A DNA stretch of 59,767 nt, the filler included, from Bipalium vagum (Eukaryota): the NCBI GenBank assembly GCA_037834085.1. It is 3 parts of 3 records of this genome, joined end to end, with 100 filler letters (N's around TTAATTAATTAA, not from the genome) between each part and the next. Parts side by side here need not be neighbours in the genome. Positions count along the whole stretch, not along the records: positions 16,571 to 42,375 come from JBBMKC010175472.1; 2 more parts are not named here. The stretch is one strand, 5' to 3'. The notes beneath the pieces are model-generated. The model was not told the DNA's origin, ran no database searches, and saw only the letters and a program-made list of their open reading frames with translations. Position numbers and translations under genes: made by a program. Shown in pieces: positions 26,460-39,205 of this stretch (positions are counted from its first letter, which is position 1; each line of letters starts with the position of its first letter).

Positions 26460-29400
26460 TAATTGTTTTAATTTCATATATTTGTTTCAGTTAAATTAAA
26501 TCAATTCTAGTATTGAAAAATAATTAAAATACCTTCAGAACAAATAATATGTATTAACATTAAGAGATTTTAAGTCCATAATTTATATTTAAATCACAAA
26601 TCATTATTTTCAAGTAAATATATTTAGTACACCATAAGATTTTAAATTCTTTAACTTTAAATTTTTTAATTTAATTAAATTATTTATTTATTGATTTAAT
26701 TAAAATTCCAAATTGAATGGCTTAATATTATAAAGACACTTAACGAAAGACTTATTAATTTTAGTTAAGAGATAAATATTTGTATAACTATTTGGATCAT
26801 TATAAATTATTGTAAATTTTGTTATTATAATATTTAATAGTATATTTAGTAGTATATTATTATAATTTAGATTATGAATTTTGTAATTATACTTATAAAT
26901 ATTGATTATATAAAAAATATTTGAATATATTCAAAAAAAAGTTTTCAATGTCAATAATCACATTATAGAATGTTATTATTATCAGAAATATGCGATATTA
27001 AATATATTAATAAAATAAAACAATTATATAAATCTACAATTTGAAAAATTGGAAATTAAATTGCAATTGAATTTTCGTTATAATATCGAAAGATTTTGAA
27101 CACAGAAATTTGTCTGCTATTTGAGTTTTGAGTCTCAATGCAAGACTTCAACTATTAAATATCACATTACTGGTGACAATTATTAAACAGGGTCTTCCAA
27201 AAGAAGCTTTACAACTTTAAATCGCTATTTCTCCGTACATAAAAATTAAAAAACCAAGTAATTTTATTTATACCTTTATTTATACACAGATATTAAAAAA
27301 ATTATATTTTAAATATGATGTCATTAAAATTACCGCCTCTGGCAGCCTTACAAGTTTGGGCTATTTTTATGGAATTTTGCATAACATTTTGGCATAAGTC
27401 AATTGAGATTATAGCGATTTTTTCCGAAACGTTGTCTTTGAGTTGTGTAATAGTTTTTTGTTGATTAATATAAACTTTATCTTTTAGATATCCCCATAAA
27501 AAATAGTCTGGAGCCGTCAAATCGGGAGATCTGGGAAGCCAATCGACATCACCGATACGTGAGATCACGCCAGATGAAAAAGTTTCGTGAAATAATGCAA
27601 TTTTTTTCCTATTTGTATGGGATGTGGCATCATCTTGCTGAAAGTAAATATTCTCCACATTAAAATCATTCAGATAAGGCTTAAGGAATGTTTCTATCAT
27701 GTGTTGATATCTCTCTCCCGTTACTGTAACTGTTTTACCTGCAGAATTTTAAAAAAGTATGGACCAATTACACCTCTTGCCCATATTCCACACCATAAAG
27801 TAACTTTTGGCAAATGTAATGCTTCTTCCTTCAAAACATAGGGTTGCCTTGTTGCCCAAATTCGACAATTTTGTTTTTTAAAAACACCTTAACTCAAGTG
27901 AAAATGACTTTCATCAGTCATAATTTTTGTTACCAAAAATGAGTATAAGGAATTATAAAGATTTTACGTAATATTAATAATTCAGTAAAATCAATAATTG
28001 AAATTGTTTTAATTATTGATTTTTATGAAAGTGCAGATATTTTGAAATAAATAAATTTTAGTAGTTATTCAGCTTCTTATGGACTTCGAACAAGTTAACA
28101 ATGAGGATACAAAATTGATCTTTCTAAGAACCAATGACAATAATTCAGGAGACTTTGATGGTCTGATTCTTTAAGCTTGTGAACTACGGTAAGCTTATAG
28201 GCTTTCATATGCTAATCTTCATGCATTATCCGCAACAAACTGGATTTTGAGAGTCTTTATTCCTGTGCTCTATGACTGATTGAGGTGCATTTATTGTCTT
28301 CAATGCTTTCTAGTGTACTTGCAATATTATCAGGTATACGCGCAGATCGAGGTGGTCCAGATTTTGGTCTATCTGCTATCGAGCCAAATGCCTCAAAAGC
28401 ATTAAGGAGACTGTAAATTGTTGGTTTTGATAGACATTTATTTTTCCTAAATTTTGCATTTAATTTTTTAACGGTTACTGAAATTGAACTACCACTTTGA
28501 AAAAATATTTTGACAATTTTGGTCGTTGTTGCATATTATAACGATTCATATTTAATTTTCAATTTTTTAGCTAGAATAAAGTTAAATATTAACTTATTTA
28601 AACTAAAACTACTTAGTATTTAATATGTTAAAATAGTAAAGCTTCTTTTGGAAGACCCTGTATTTAATATTATCAAGAAATATTGTCAAGGCATCGTCAA
28701 AGAATGTTCAAGATTATTTTGTACAATTACAAATTTTTTACTGTAACCGCTATCACATCTAACATTTTCATGATTTAGTTCCGTTTGATTTTATCCTGTT
28801 TTAGGATATGAAAAAATGAGTTGCAGGTAGAAAATTTCACTCAAATTCTAACTTCTTTTTTTGAAGGAAGTGCCTATTTTGATGATTTTGAATAAATTCT
28901 ACTATAAAGAATGAATAAAGAAACTTGAAAACCGTTATAATAAATTTGCTTTGTGTAGAGATTATTTTGAAAAACAATAAGATTTTTTAATATAGAAATA
29001 TCTTAATCTGAGTTTTATTTTTCACGAACTTTTTGAACCGCCATCTTAGTAAAATTACTAAAGTCTGCAAAATGTTGATACAAAGTAACTGTTTTATATT
29101 ATTAAGCTATTAAACAAAACTAAACTGGAAAAATATACATATAGAGAAAACATACCTCAATTTCCGAAATACAATGTAATCTTAATCCTTGCCAAAATGC
29201 CATATAAGGCAGTAAAAGCCAATAGTTAGCTCCATTACAATAAACGTGTACCTCTTCAATTTTGACACAGATCATTACATCTAATAGTTTGTCTTCTGAG
29301 AATTTAATGTTATAATTAAGAAATTACCATCAATCACATCATCATCTAATTTAGAACGAACTATATCATCTTTTCGAGTGATAAAAATATCGAAAAATAA

Positions 29401-29694
29401 ATAATTGAACAATTCAAGGGATCCAGAATTAAATTTGCTATCTATACCTGAAAGAGATTTTCTAAATAGGATTATAGTAATAAAGTACGATTATACCTAA
29501 TATTATTAGAAGAGCATCTAGATTTTTAGCTTTTATAATTTTTTGGATTTTATTTAAACGTTGACAACTAAGAAAATGTAACAATATATAAAATAAAGAA
29601 TAAATGAAATACTCTACCTTAAGAAGTTGGAAAACAAATTTTGCTTTATATCTTGCCTTTCAAATTTTGGTCGTCTTAGTTTAGTTAATGGCAT
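17694..29694 (-). CDS. DNAAF9: DNAAF9 / C20orf194 / Shulin orthologue (outer-dynein-arm packaging factor), 5' half only
   Basis: Phase-consistent exons 29694-29618, 29567-29497, 29447-29328, 29280-29156, 26022-25929, 25869-25788, 25735-25687, 24435-24358, 24309-24205, 24154-24096, 24042-23913, 23826-23742, 21732-21699, 19956-19872, 18916 to about 18770 (internal structure unresolved), 18305-18151, 18077-18010, 17951-17834, 17788-17694. Motifs SCQRLNKIQ..LDALLIILGIDSKFNSG, VHVYCNGANYWLLLPYMAFW, EKFKMNAFVEM, VENWPIIQSFA..GFFT, EPVISYYKH, PFVLCG, KHLIVKVVS..ARTLF and LGSVVFAETF are colinear with recalled human C20orf194 (GIDSRYNEG, HLYCNPVN..LLPYVAHW, VEKWPIVQAFA, LGSVVFSESF). Confidence 0.9.
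20150..21060 (-). mobile_element. degenerate Tc1-like element inside a DNAAF9 intron
   Basis: MGK..TDVTHGKINALKEEGYSDRDI (Tc1 HTH) from the ATG at 20909, GRKK linker and IIFSDET; frameshifted and internally deleted; ends approximate. Confidence 0.7.
22800..23050 (+). pseudogene. decayed OTU-like cysteine protease fragment (possibly TE- or virus-derived)
   Basis: NDDNNCFIW, then FSQIINFNVNIYD..NLIYYGND...*HYEV with stops; resembles the OTU D.NC / I.IY / L.Y...HY pattern. Confidence 0.3.
27188..28660 (-). mobile_element. rosa/Visitor (DD41D) Tc1-mariner element in DNAAF9 intron 4
   Basis: TIRs cagggtcttccaaaagaagctttac / gtaaagcttcttttggaagaccctg; FQQDDATSH...WLPRSPDLTAPDYFLWG with 41 residues counted between the 2nd and 3rd D; AT-rich insertion at about 27935-28105. 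Confidence 0.92.
28690..29048 (+). mobile_element. mariner 3' remnant
   Basis: HDLVPFDFILF*DMKK*VAGRKFHSN matches the (SP)DLAPSDF.LF..LKK.LAG..F.SN C-terminal motif. Confidence 0.6.
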
Positions 29695-32039
29695 ATTTAT
29701 ATAATGATATAAAATTGATTAAATAAAACTATTGGTAATAGCTTTCTTTTGGCGCCCTTGACAACAGTATAATTATTAAAACACAAAATCTCATTTTTTT
29801 AAAATTAAGTTTTAATTTATTTATGATCTAAACTTATATGTTTTAATATTTAATATTAAAGGAAAAGTTAAATGAAAATTATTTTATAGACTTAATGAAA
29901 ACATTTAAATAATTTTAATTTTAATTCTTTTATAATATACTACTTTAATTTAATTTTAAAATAAATTATTGAGTCAAAATAGTGTAGTTAAATTTTGTTC
30001 ATAAATTGACAAAAGTTTATGCAAAAATGATTTCAAATTATTCAACTGTGCATAAGCCAGAAATTAATTTTTTTTATAAATCTTAGTGCTAAATTTATAA
30101 TTACAACATCATACAAGTAGCAAGAAAACTTGACCTCAATCTTACAGATTTTATAGTAAAAAAACTATTTTTCTTAAGGTTTAGTTTATGATTCATGCCG
30201 ATGAAAATAAGATTCAATATAATTTTACTTTAATATCGTTTCCTAACAAATTATCTATGTTCGTTGACAAAGGTAACTATCAATATACTTAATCTCAAAT
30301 TTCAGACCTTCAATATTTTGATGAGATGTAAATATATGTTATACAGTAATGATTCTCATTAAAACAAATTTAGAATTAATCTTTTAAAAAATTTTCTCTG
30401 ACGAATTGTTTTTATCGGGGTGCGAATAATTCTATCAAATTATCATAAATATCATATATTAACAAAAAATGTAAAAATTATGGGATTAAGTGATTTGCAG
30501 ACTAGGGTTGTTCTACTGATTTGTGACCAACTCAACACAATGATTTCAAACTTTAAAAGGTTAAAAAAACAAGGTTGCGGTTTTTAATGATGTGTTTGTA
30601 AGTAAAGTTTACAACTTGTAAAAATGATAAAAATAGTATTTCCCAAACTCTTAGTTTAATTATGATTCTAATTTAAAGACAGGGGATCTTAAAGTTAGTC
30701 TAGGTAAGCCCTTAGAAAAGGAGATCTGAAGGATAATCTCAATTTTCAACAAGATAGAAAGATTTATTTGATCCACTATTACACAAAGAAAGTACACCTT
30801 GAGTATTTATTTGTTGGATTTTGAAGTTTATAAACAGCTCATGCTTAATTGTAAAATTTAAGGAGATCGGTACCGATAAAATTTTAATTTAAAAATTAAC
30901 TTTATTATAAGACCGTGAACTTTTATAGATCTTGTTATTTAATTAATACAATTTAAAATGTACCTTTTTCTAAATCATAAGGATTTCGGAAGAAGTTTGA
31001 AAAATAAAATAATGGAACTTACGAAATTTACCTGAATTGTTAAAAAAATTAAATTAAAATTTCATTGACGAATGTCTAATTTATATCTGTCCAAGCTTTA
31101 AAGGTGTTCGATTGAAATTCTTGAAATTTCTTCGCAATTCAAATTCTTTGTAGTTTTTTCGCTTTGTTTATTCGCGATGAATTGTTTATTTGCTTCTGTG
31201 TTTTTTGTTCATTTTATTTGTAAAAGTAAGTTTTCTTCGACTTGATTGGTTTCTGATATTCTAAACTGTTTTTTTCCTTTTTCTGTTTTTGATTTTGTAA
31301 TTGTTCTCTCTTTTTATTCATCGGGTGCAGGCTAACATGGGGATACCTTCAGTGAGACAACTGATCGTGTGCGTCTCAACTGGAATTCAACCCACTTTCC
31401 TGGTCAAATCTAGGGCGCTACACTGTTTCTGATTAGATTCAACCACATGACATCTTTTCAGGTAGTTAAAAGACCATATTAGAATTGGACTCAGATTTCT
31501 GGTCAGAAGGCATTGATTCACGATTATTCATTATCTCAAATCCAGCTAATAGTCCAGGATCCTTTCCCAAATTCCCTACTTTTTTTGAGGCCTGGTTCCA
31601 GAAGTGGCAAAAATCCCTCACCTCCATTCTTTTGTAAATATGAGAATCATGGATAGAAAGTTCACAAACCATCTTTCACTTTCCAACTGCAAAATTTTCC
31701 TTTCTTCAACTTACTTGACTTATCATTAAATAATAAAATAAAAGGGCAAACACCGTATAGAAAACCATGATAAAAGGTCTGTCAAAAGAACACTATACCT
31801 ATGTATTTTACTACTTATTTACATAATAGAGAATCAGTTATGTGTCCCCATACATAATAGACAACATAACTGGTGCATAAAAACACCTACTCATTCAGTA
31901 TTCGAACACGAAACACTGAATAAAAAAAAATTAATATCAGTTACACACCCCATATATATGTAAGTGTATTACCGATGCAAATAAACACCTAGGTAGAAAA
32001 TACTTTATGAAAATATTGATAATGATATAGAGTTAAATA

Positions 32040-32540
32040 TAGATAAGAATATCAAGAAAGAGAAGAAAGTATAAGAGAATAAGTTAATCCGAATGGGTTC
32101 TTTATTTGCTGGGGATCGTAGAAGTTATGGGTTCAGAAGAAGAACTATTGTTATGAATCTGTAGAATTGAGGTGGTATTCCATTCGACATTCACAATATT
32201 TGTTTTGTAAACTTGTTGGAGACCAGTCAAGCACTTATTTTGAGAATTCTGCAACACTTCTCCACTATTAAATGTTCTGGTTGATTCCAACGTTTCTTAA
32301 CCAGAGTTTTAAATTTGTTAATCTTCCTTTTTTTGTTTGCAATATTTCAATAAGATCTTTTTTGCATTTTTCTGCTTGGTGCCACAAACTACTTTATGAC
32401 GATTCTCAGGTTTGGTAACTGTGTTAAGATCCTAAGAGGGTGGTTAAACAGATGTTATAGGTTAGAGCTTAAATTTAACTTAGGTCTCAACGGTTGAAGG
32501 TTGCTTTAGGTTGTGTTCGATTAATTGAATAAATTGAGAA
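32040..32540 (-). mobile_element. internally deleted Jockey-type LINE remnant
   Basis: SSLWHQAEKCKKDLIEILQTKKGRLTNLKLWLRNVGIN resembles the Jockey-clade RT C-terminus (W..A.K....I...Q...R.ITN.PW..RN); preceded directly by a leader also found at 42476. Confidence 0.5.
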
Positions 32541-33989
32541 AACGATTTCGATTTAATACTTTTATTAGAAAATTAGAAATTATTATCTTTACAAATGAGT
32601 GATAACAATTCTGACCAGATGTGATTTTATTAATTAAGATTATTATTCATAAAAATCCTCTCGTTCTTAGGCTCAGAGGTCCTCGGTAAAGAAAAACAAA
32701 TATATTTCACCGCCCTACTTAGCGTGTGAAATACAAATAAAAAAACGCACGAACTTATGAATCAACTCAATAATTAATAATACACAATGAGAAATCTGAT
32801 CTCTGGATCAGATAAGTGCTTCCTCTTTTACCACCTTTTCTTTACTCAAAATATTTTTTGACCTCGCAAGTTTAATAATAGAGTGGCAAACCAATATTTT
32901 AAATACTCAGGACCACTAAGCGAGTGGAATCTTTTCCTTCTTTACTCTTTATTTTATTAATGGTTCAACGATAATTTTGTAAAGTCTGTTGACACCAAAA
33001 TATATTTACAACTTTCCTCTGTGTAAACAATGTTGTATAATTTGAGATTAAAATTATTCTGAAAATGAATTTTACTTAATTGATTTCTATTGATCGTCGA
33101 GCACCACTAGTAAAGTCTTCATAAGTTAATTCATTTAACTCTGATTCCCATGTCACAGCTACACAAAGTTTCAAAGTTAACAAAATTATTAAAATTACCT
33201 TATCAAAAATAAAAGATTAAAAAAATGGATATTGTTAAAATTATAAGTTATTATATTATATTATTTATTATATCTATGTCGGTCATTGATCACATTTACT
33301 ATGGTTGATTTATTTTGATCTTGTTATTTAAACAAATTATTTTTAGGAAAAAAGAAAATTCCTCATATTTGTTTTTCCATAGAAGAACAATTAATTTTTT
33401 TAATTTTTATGGATATTTGTAGAAACATCTCTGGTAAATTGAAGTAATATTATTTTAATTAGCTCAATGTTTTCCTGTTATAGCTCACTGATTTTCCAAA
33501 ATTGAAAACAATTCATATTGATACTTATCAATTACAGATCAATAATATTATGTTATTTTTTCTAATTAAAAAAATTAAATTAAAAAATTTTATGAATTAA
33601 TTTAAATACTTAAGTTTTTATGACATAAAAATATTTTTTTAATAAAAATATTAAATAAAGTAGTTACTATATAAACTTTAAAATATATATAAAAACAATT
33701 TTCTACTTAAATTGATAAATAATTATTTTGAAAATATTTCCATAAAAGTTCTTAGTTTCTAGCTATATTTTTAATTATTTAAAAAATATTTTTCCAGAAA
33801 ATTTTTATTAAAAACGTTATAATTGTATAAATTAGAAAATTTTTTTTGAGCTTAGGCAAAAATCTGTAATGATAGGAATGGATCTCAGTTAGATATTTCA
33901 ATTCTAAATCTCAAATAACTTTATTTTTCGATCTAATTAAAAACGTAATGATTAAATTTTCATTGTCAATTAGGATCAAAATGTTATTT

Positions 33990-36289
33990 TCATCCGAAAC
34001 GTAATTCCGAAACAAATGGCCCATTAAATCGATTATGGTGGGGCTTGTTGAAATTCTGCTGCAGAAACTCTCCCAAACTCATCGATGCCCTTTTGTAAAA
34101 TTTTCTCTGTTGTAAACCTAAAAATAAAAGGTTTTTCGTCATTTCATTTATTTTAAAAAGTTATTCTTTATATATCACTTAATAATTATATAAACAAAAA
34201 TGGCATTATAATTTTTCTGCATTGTAATTATATAAGTCATATAAATTATTTTCTTTCGATCACCAGATATCCTCATAGTTTCTTCCATAAATTATTATCG
34301 AATTATGTAATTCAATATATATGTCTCACCAGTTCTAATTTTTTACACAAAATTTCACGAAATTTAATTTCGATTCTTAGACAGGCACTGAAATAAATTA
34401 TAAATTACAAATTAATTTTTTTTCTTCTATTAAATATAATTTCATCAGAAACATTAAATAGTTAAAATAAAATTAAAACGTTTTAATAACCAAAAATGGT
34501 ATTTATTTCTAATTATAAATTTACAAAAGAAATAAAATAATTAAAATTTAATAATTTATATATTTAAATTTTTATTATTGAATGAATAACAACAACAACG
34601 TAATTAAATTTCAAAAGCATTTAGCTAACTATTTATAAAATGTAATAAAATATAAAATAATTATGAAGAAATATCTCATTGGTCTTATGGGAATTGATAT
34701 ATTTTATAAAAGGTATATATATATATATATATTTTCATATAATGTATTAATGAAATTAGCGTTCTTTCTAGACATGTTGTTGTAAATATTTTATTATTTA
34801 AAATATAAAGATCGGGATGGATTAGTGTTTACTGTGATCGTCCGATTATAATATATTGACAATTATTTTTCAGTGGTAATTGCAATAGAATTTGTCGTTT
34901 TAAATCTCTCAGCACTTAATAAAATGGGAAATAAAAATTGAAAATATAATTTATTACATAATTATTCCCTTTATATACATTTGTAATAGTTATTTTATTT
35001 ATTTATTTCAAAACAATCCTGAAATTACGAAATATATTAATTTATATTTATAAAATAAATTATTTACAATTATTTAATAAATCATCTTTTGATGATATTA
35101 TTTATTCAATTTAAATAAATAAAATTTTAAAATATATAAATTTTTTGAGGTTTATTAAAAATTCTCTAAAAAGGAATAATACCGAATTCATAAAAAAAGT
35201 CAAAAAACAAATTGAAATATAATAAATATTGGAATAAATATTTGAAATTTTGATCTACATTATTCTACATGTCCCCCCTTTGGTTTGAAATAAGAATGAC
35301 TGATTTATATTATTTATTATCGTTTTTTTATCTTTTGTTCTTATTTAAAACTAATTTTTTATAATAGTAAATTTAATTAATAATTTCAAAAATATTAATT
35401 TTTAATTTTTTAATTTATTTCATAAATAATTCAATTGATCTTCATTTTATTCCGCGATTTCGAAATAAATTAATTTGTTGTGTATTCCTGAAGACCGAGT
35501 TTGATGATGAATATCTTTCCTTTAACAATCACACTTAAAATTATTGATTTTCTATTTATCATTAATATTGATTTTTACCTGTAATTAACATTTTTACAAT
35601 TTCATACATTAAAATATTACATATTAAAATAGGTTTTTTGCATTTAATTTTCTTAGATGTCTAATTATCTCTAATTTATAGACAAGAAAATTAAAATATT
35701 AGTTTTAAATATCAAATAAAATAAAATTTATCATATTTAACTTTTATTAGTAATTTTTTAAAAATTATAACAATGATACTATATATTAAATAATATAAAT
35801 GATATGATATATAAATAATAAAAATGATGTAATATATAATATTATTTTATTTTGTCACAAAATATCTAATTTATTAATAATTCAATCTAGAAATAAATGA
35901 AACTTTTAATTTAAAGAGTAAAATTATTTCCGAGCACAAATTTAATACTTTCCTTGATCGACTTTTAATTTACGTTGACTATTTGAAATTTCAAAAATGT
36001 GTATATCACTTTTTATTTCTCTTTGTAACAATGTATATAATTTTAAAAATATGAAAAATCTAATTTTTAAACCTTCGTTTAATATCGAATTTGAATTAGT
36101 TTCGGAATCTTGAAGAGGTTCATATACTGATGAGTAGATTATCATTAATAAATTGAAAAATATCAAAGTCTTCAGACTATCTCCAGTATGTGTATATCTA
36201 CAATAAAATTAAAATAGAAACAGTAAGAAAAAAGAATAAAAATATTTTTTTGTTTTAAAGATTCATTACGAGCTACTCAGTTTTTTCAT
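33990..36289 (-). CDS. candidate RFamide-type neuropeptide precursor
   Basis: Terminal exon 34117-33990 after the acceptor cttttatttttAG reads (G/R)LQQRKFYKR-ASMSLGEFLQQNFNKPHHNRFNGPFVSELRF-G-stop. Phase-compatible upstream exons 36289-36270 and 36197-36073 would give a hydrophobic segment and an acidic spacer; this linkage is tentative. Confidence 0.45.
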
Positions 36290-37199
36290 GTTACTTAAAA
36301 ATTATCATTCAACCATATTCTGGGAAATAATTATCACTTTTAAAAATTTTAAATATAAATTTTAAATAGGATTATTATAATAGTTATTAAATATCTAAAC
36401 TATAGTTTATTTTTGGATATAAAACATTTATTTAATAAGAAAATTTTTGAAATATTATTTTTTTCCGGAAAAATTAAATAATTACTTAGGAAAAAATAAC
36501 ATCGTCCAGGAAAATAAATTTCAAGAAAATATAAAACATTTGTCATTATTATCTCTTTTATAAAGTTTTCATTTTAAGATTTAAACCAATCAAATTTAAG
36601 ATAAAATATAATTTCTTTACATTACGGAAGTTCATTAAATTATTTACAATGTTACGTTTTAATCTAGTCTGAACCTAAATTATTTCTGGTAAATTTCATT
36701 ATGTAAATAAACTTAAGGATAAGCCAAACCTTAAAAATATTGAAAATATTCCTATAACATACAATTTAATGAAGTGTGTATCTATATAATTAATTATTTT
36801 TTAATTTAATTTCCTCGTTTATAATCATTTTATTATTGTAATCATTCAGATATCTATTCATAACCTCATTATAAATGGTAATAGAAATTACTCTTGAGTT
36901 TGTTTCAGTTACTTTTAAATTATTAATTATTTGTTTAAATTAATAAAAATTTAGAAAACTTATAATAATATAATATATGTTTATATTGTCAGATTTGTCA
37001 ATGAAATCATGCTAAGTAAACAACTTTAGATGATAAAGTAAACATTTTAGTATAATTTAAATGTATCATAATCTATTAGTAAAATATAAATATTTGAGTA
37101 AAATTATGAAAGAGATAAATTAAATTTTACTTTAATTTTAACCATTTTTTGAAATTAAAAGATATATTAAAAGATAAGATTAAAAATAACAGAATCCAA

Positions 37200-37830
37200 A
37201 GCATATGGTATCCCACACCATAATCCTCTCAACCTGGTATCGTAAAGACAATATTTTATCGTCGCCACATTGACGTTCATACTTTAATTATCTGGCCATA
37301 TACTTAATCTTGATTCATAAAGATGATGCGATTCTATTTATCACTTTAATCTTGTCTTTCCTGACACCATATACGTCTTGTAGTTTTATGATGTAATGTC
37401 AATATTTCTCATTATATTGGAATCTTTTCCTTTACATCATTGGCTTTTGTTTCAAATTATCAATGCAATAATTTCTTATAAATATCCACACTTTCAGGTA
37501 AATGATATATTTCGTTGAAGGACATAGTACCCTATTTTGTCCATCGTATTACTGTTAGCATAATAATATTACTCAGGGTATGCAACGACAATGTCCGATC
37601 TCTGTTTTAGGAATTAGGATAGTGTCAGTCTTGATCAAAGGTAGTGTGTTTAGGTCATAGTATCCTCGAATCCAACTGCTGTGTATGTTAATGGTCTCCA
37701 ATGTCTCCATTTTATCACATCCTACTCTCACCTTCCTTCTGGTTTTCGAGACTGTAAGCACACTCAGAGTCTGATTGTAACACTTATTTATGATAATCTT
37801 GAAAACTATCATTTCACCAAGACCATTCAA
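37200..37830 (-). mobile_element. RTE-like non-LTR retrotransposon remnant
   Basis: Decayed RT C-terminal motifs (GEMIVF.I, VYGVRKDKIK for W..GV...D.I.N, RL..YGQI for RL.WYGHV); many disablements. Confidence 0.4.
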
Positions 37831-37964
37831 TTAAAATAAATCCTTCTAAATTTTATATTCATAACTAATATATGTATTATATATTAATTATTATTATATA
37901 TAATAGGAAGAAAGGAAAGAAAAGAAGAAGTAGGAATATAGGGATTTTTTACGTGCTGCATATA

Positions 37965-39205
37965 CAGGCTGCGTCAGCTATTTGAGAACAAAAATTGTTA
38001 AAATACATCGTGATAATTGTTTTAGTGGCGCTAAAATTGATTTGCAATATTTATTGATACAACATTAAATAATTATTTTTTAATTTAGAAATGGAAGAGA
38101 TAACTTTTGAATTAACATAAGAAATGAAAAGGCATGCAGTTATTGTTCCATTAGCCACCGGACACAATGACTTAAAAATTTCCAAATTTCTTAATGTGGC
38201 CAGATCGTTTGTCAATAAAATTAGAAAGGAATGTTGGCATTTGATCGAAATTTTTCCTCTATATCTAAAAGAAAAACACATTCAGACATTGTCAGAAATG
38301 TTAATTTTGTTCAAAAAGTCCAGGATGTTGTTTATGAAATTTCCGGAACATCAATGAGAGAAATTGCCCATCGACTATCGGTTTCTGAGTCAACAGTAAG
38401 ACGAACGGTACACAATTATTTAATATGCAAGTCCTACGTCATGAGAAGAAGACATTTTGTATCAGCGAAGAGCAAAAAAATCATTTAATGAAGTGTCTTT
38501 TAAATAAAATCAAGCATCCTGATCATCCAAACATGCTTTGGTACTTTTCTGATGAAAAACGTTTTACTCAAGATCAACAGGTTAATAGGAGGAACGATCG
38601 ATGGTTGTGCTCCAGTGTTTCTGAAGTTCCTAATGCTATGCACACCAAGTTTCCATCATATTAAATGATATTGGGTATTGTGAGCAACGAAGGTCATGTT
38701 ATCCCTCCGTATTTCTTTCCACAGGCACTTAGAATTAATGTATCTCTTTGTGTCGAGTGTCTGAATACCTATGTGAAGCCCTGGGTTGAAAAAGTTGCCG
38801 ATGGAAGGCCTTATGTTAAGGCTTTAAGCTCCCAGACATACAGCATTAAAAACATGAAAATGGTTATTGCTAAATTTTAACGACAATGTCACTCCAAACC
38901 TATGGCCACCTAGCTCACCCGATTTAAATCTTTTGGACTATTTCGTATGGGGCGTCGTAGAGACGGAGACGAACAAACATCCTCATAATACCAAAGATTC
39001 ATTACTGGCTTCTATAAGTTCTGCTATGATAAATATGAACAAAAACCATTTGATCGCGGCTTGTAAGCTTTTCAGAAGCCGTCTTGAAGCTGTAATTGAC
39101 ACTGAAGGCGATTTTATTGAATAAATAAAACTTGTGTACTTAAAACAAATAAAGTTTCTAATATTGCTTATAAATATACATTCTTTTCATTAAAAATATT
39201 ACTTA
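37965..39205 (+). mobile_element. maT (DD37D) transposon, right end lost
   Basis: TA then CAGGCTGCGTCAGCTATTTGAGAAC; WYFSDEKRFTQDQQVNRRNDRWL, TKFP, GIVSNEGHVIPPYFF, VKPWVEKVADGRPYV and WPPSSPDLNLLDYFVW are Bmmar1/maT signatures; frameshifted. Confidence 0.88.

Noticed and set aside
31802-31945. Possible short solo LTR (TG…CA, cattcagt, aataaa)
   Set aside because: No TSD and no second copy in the window.
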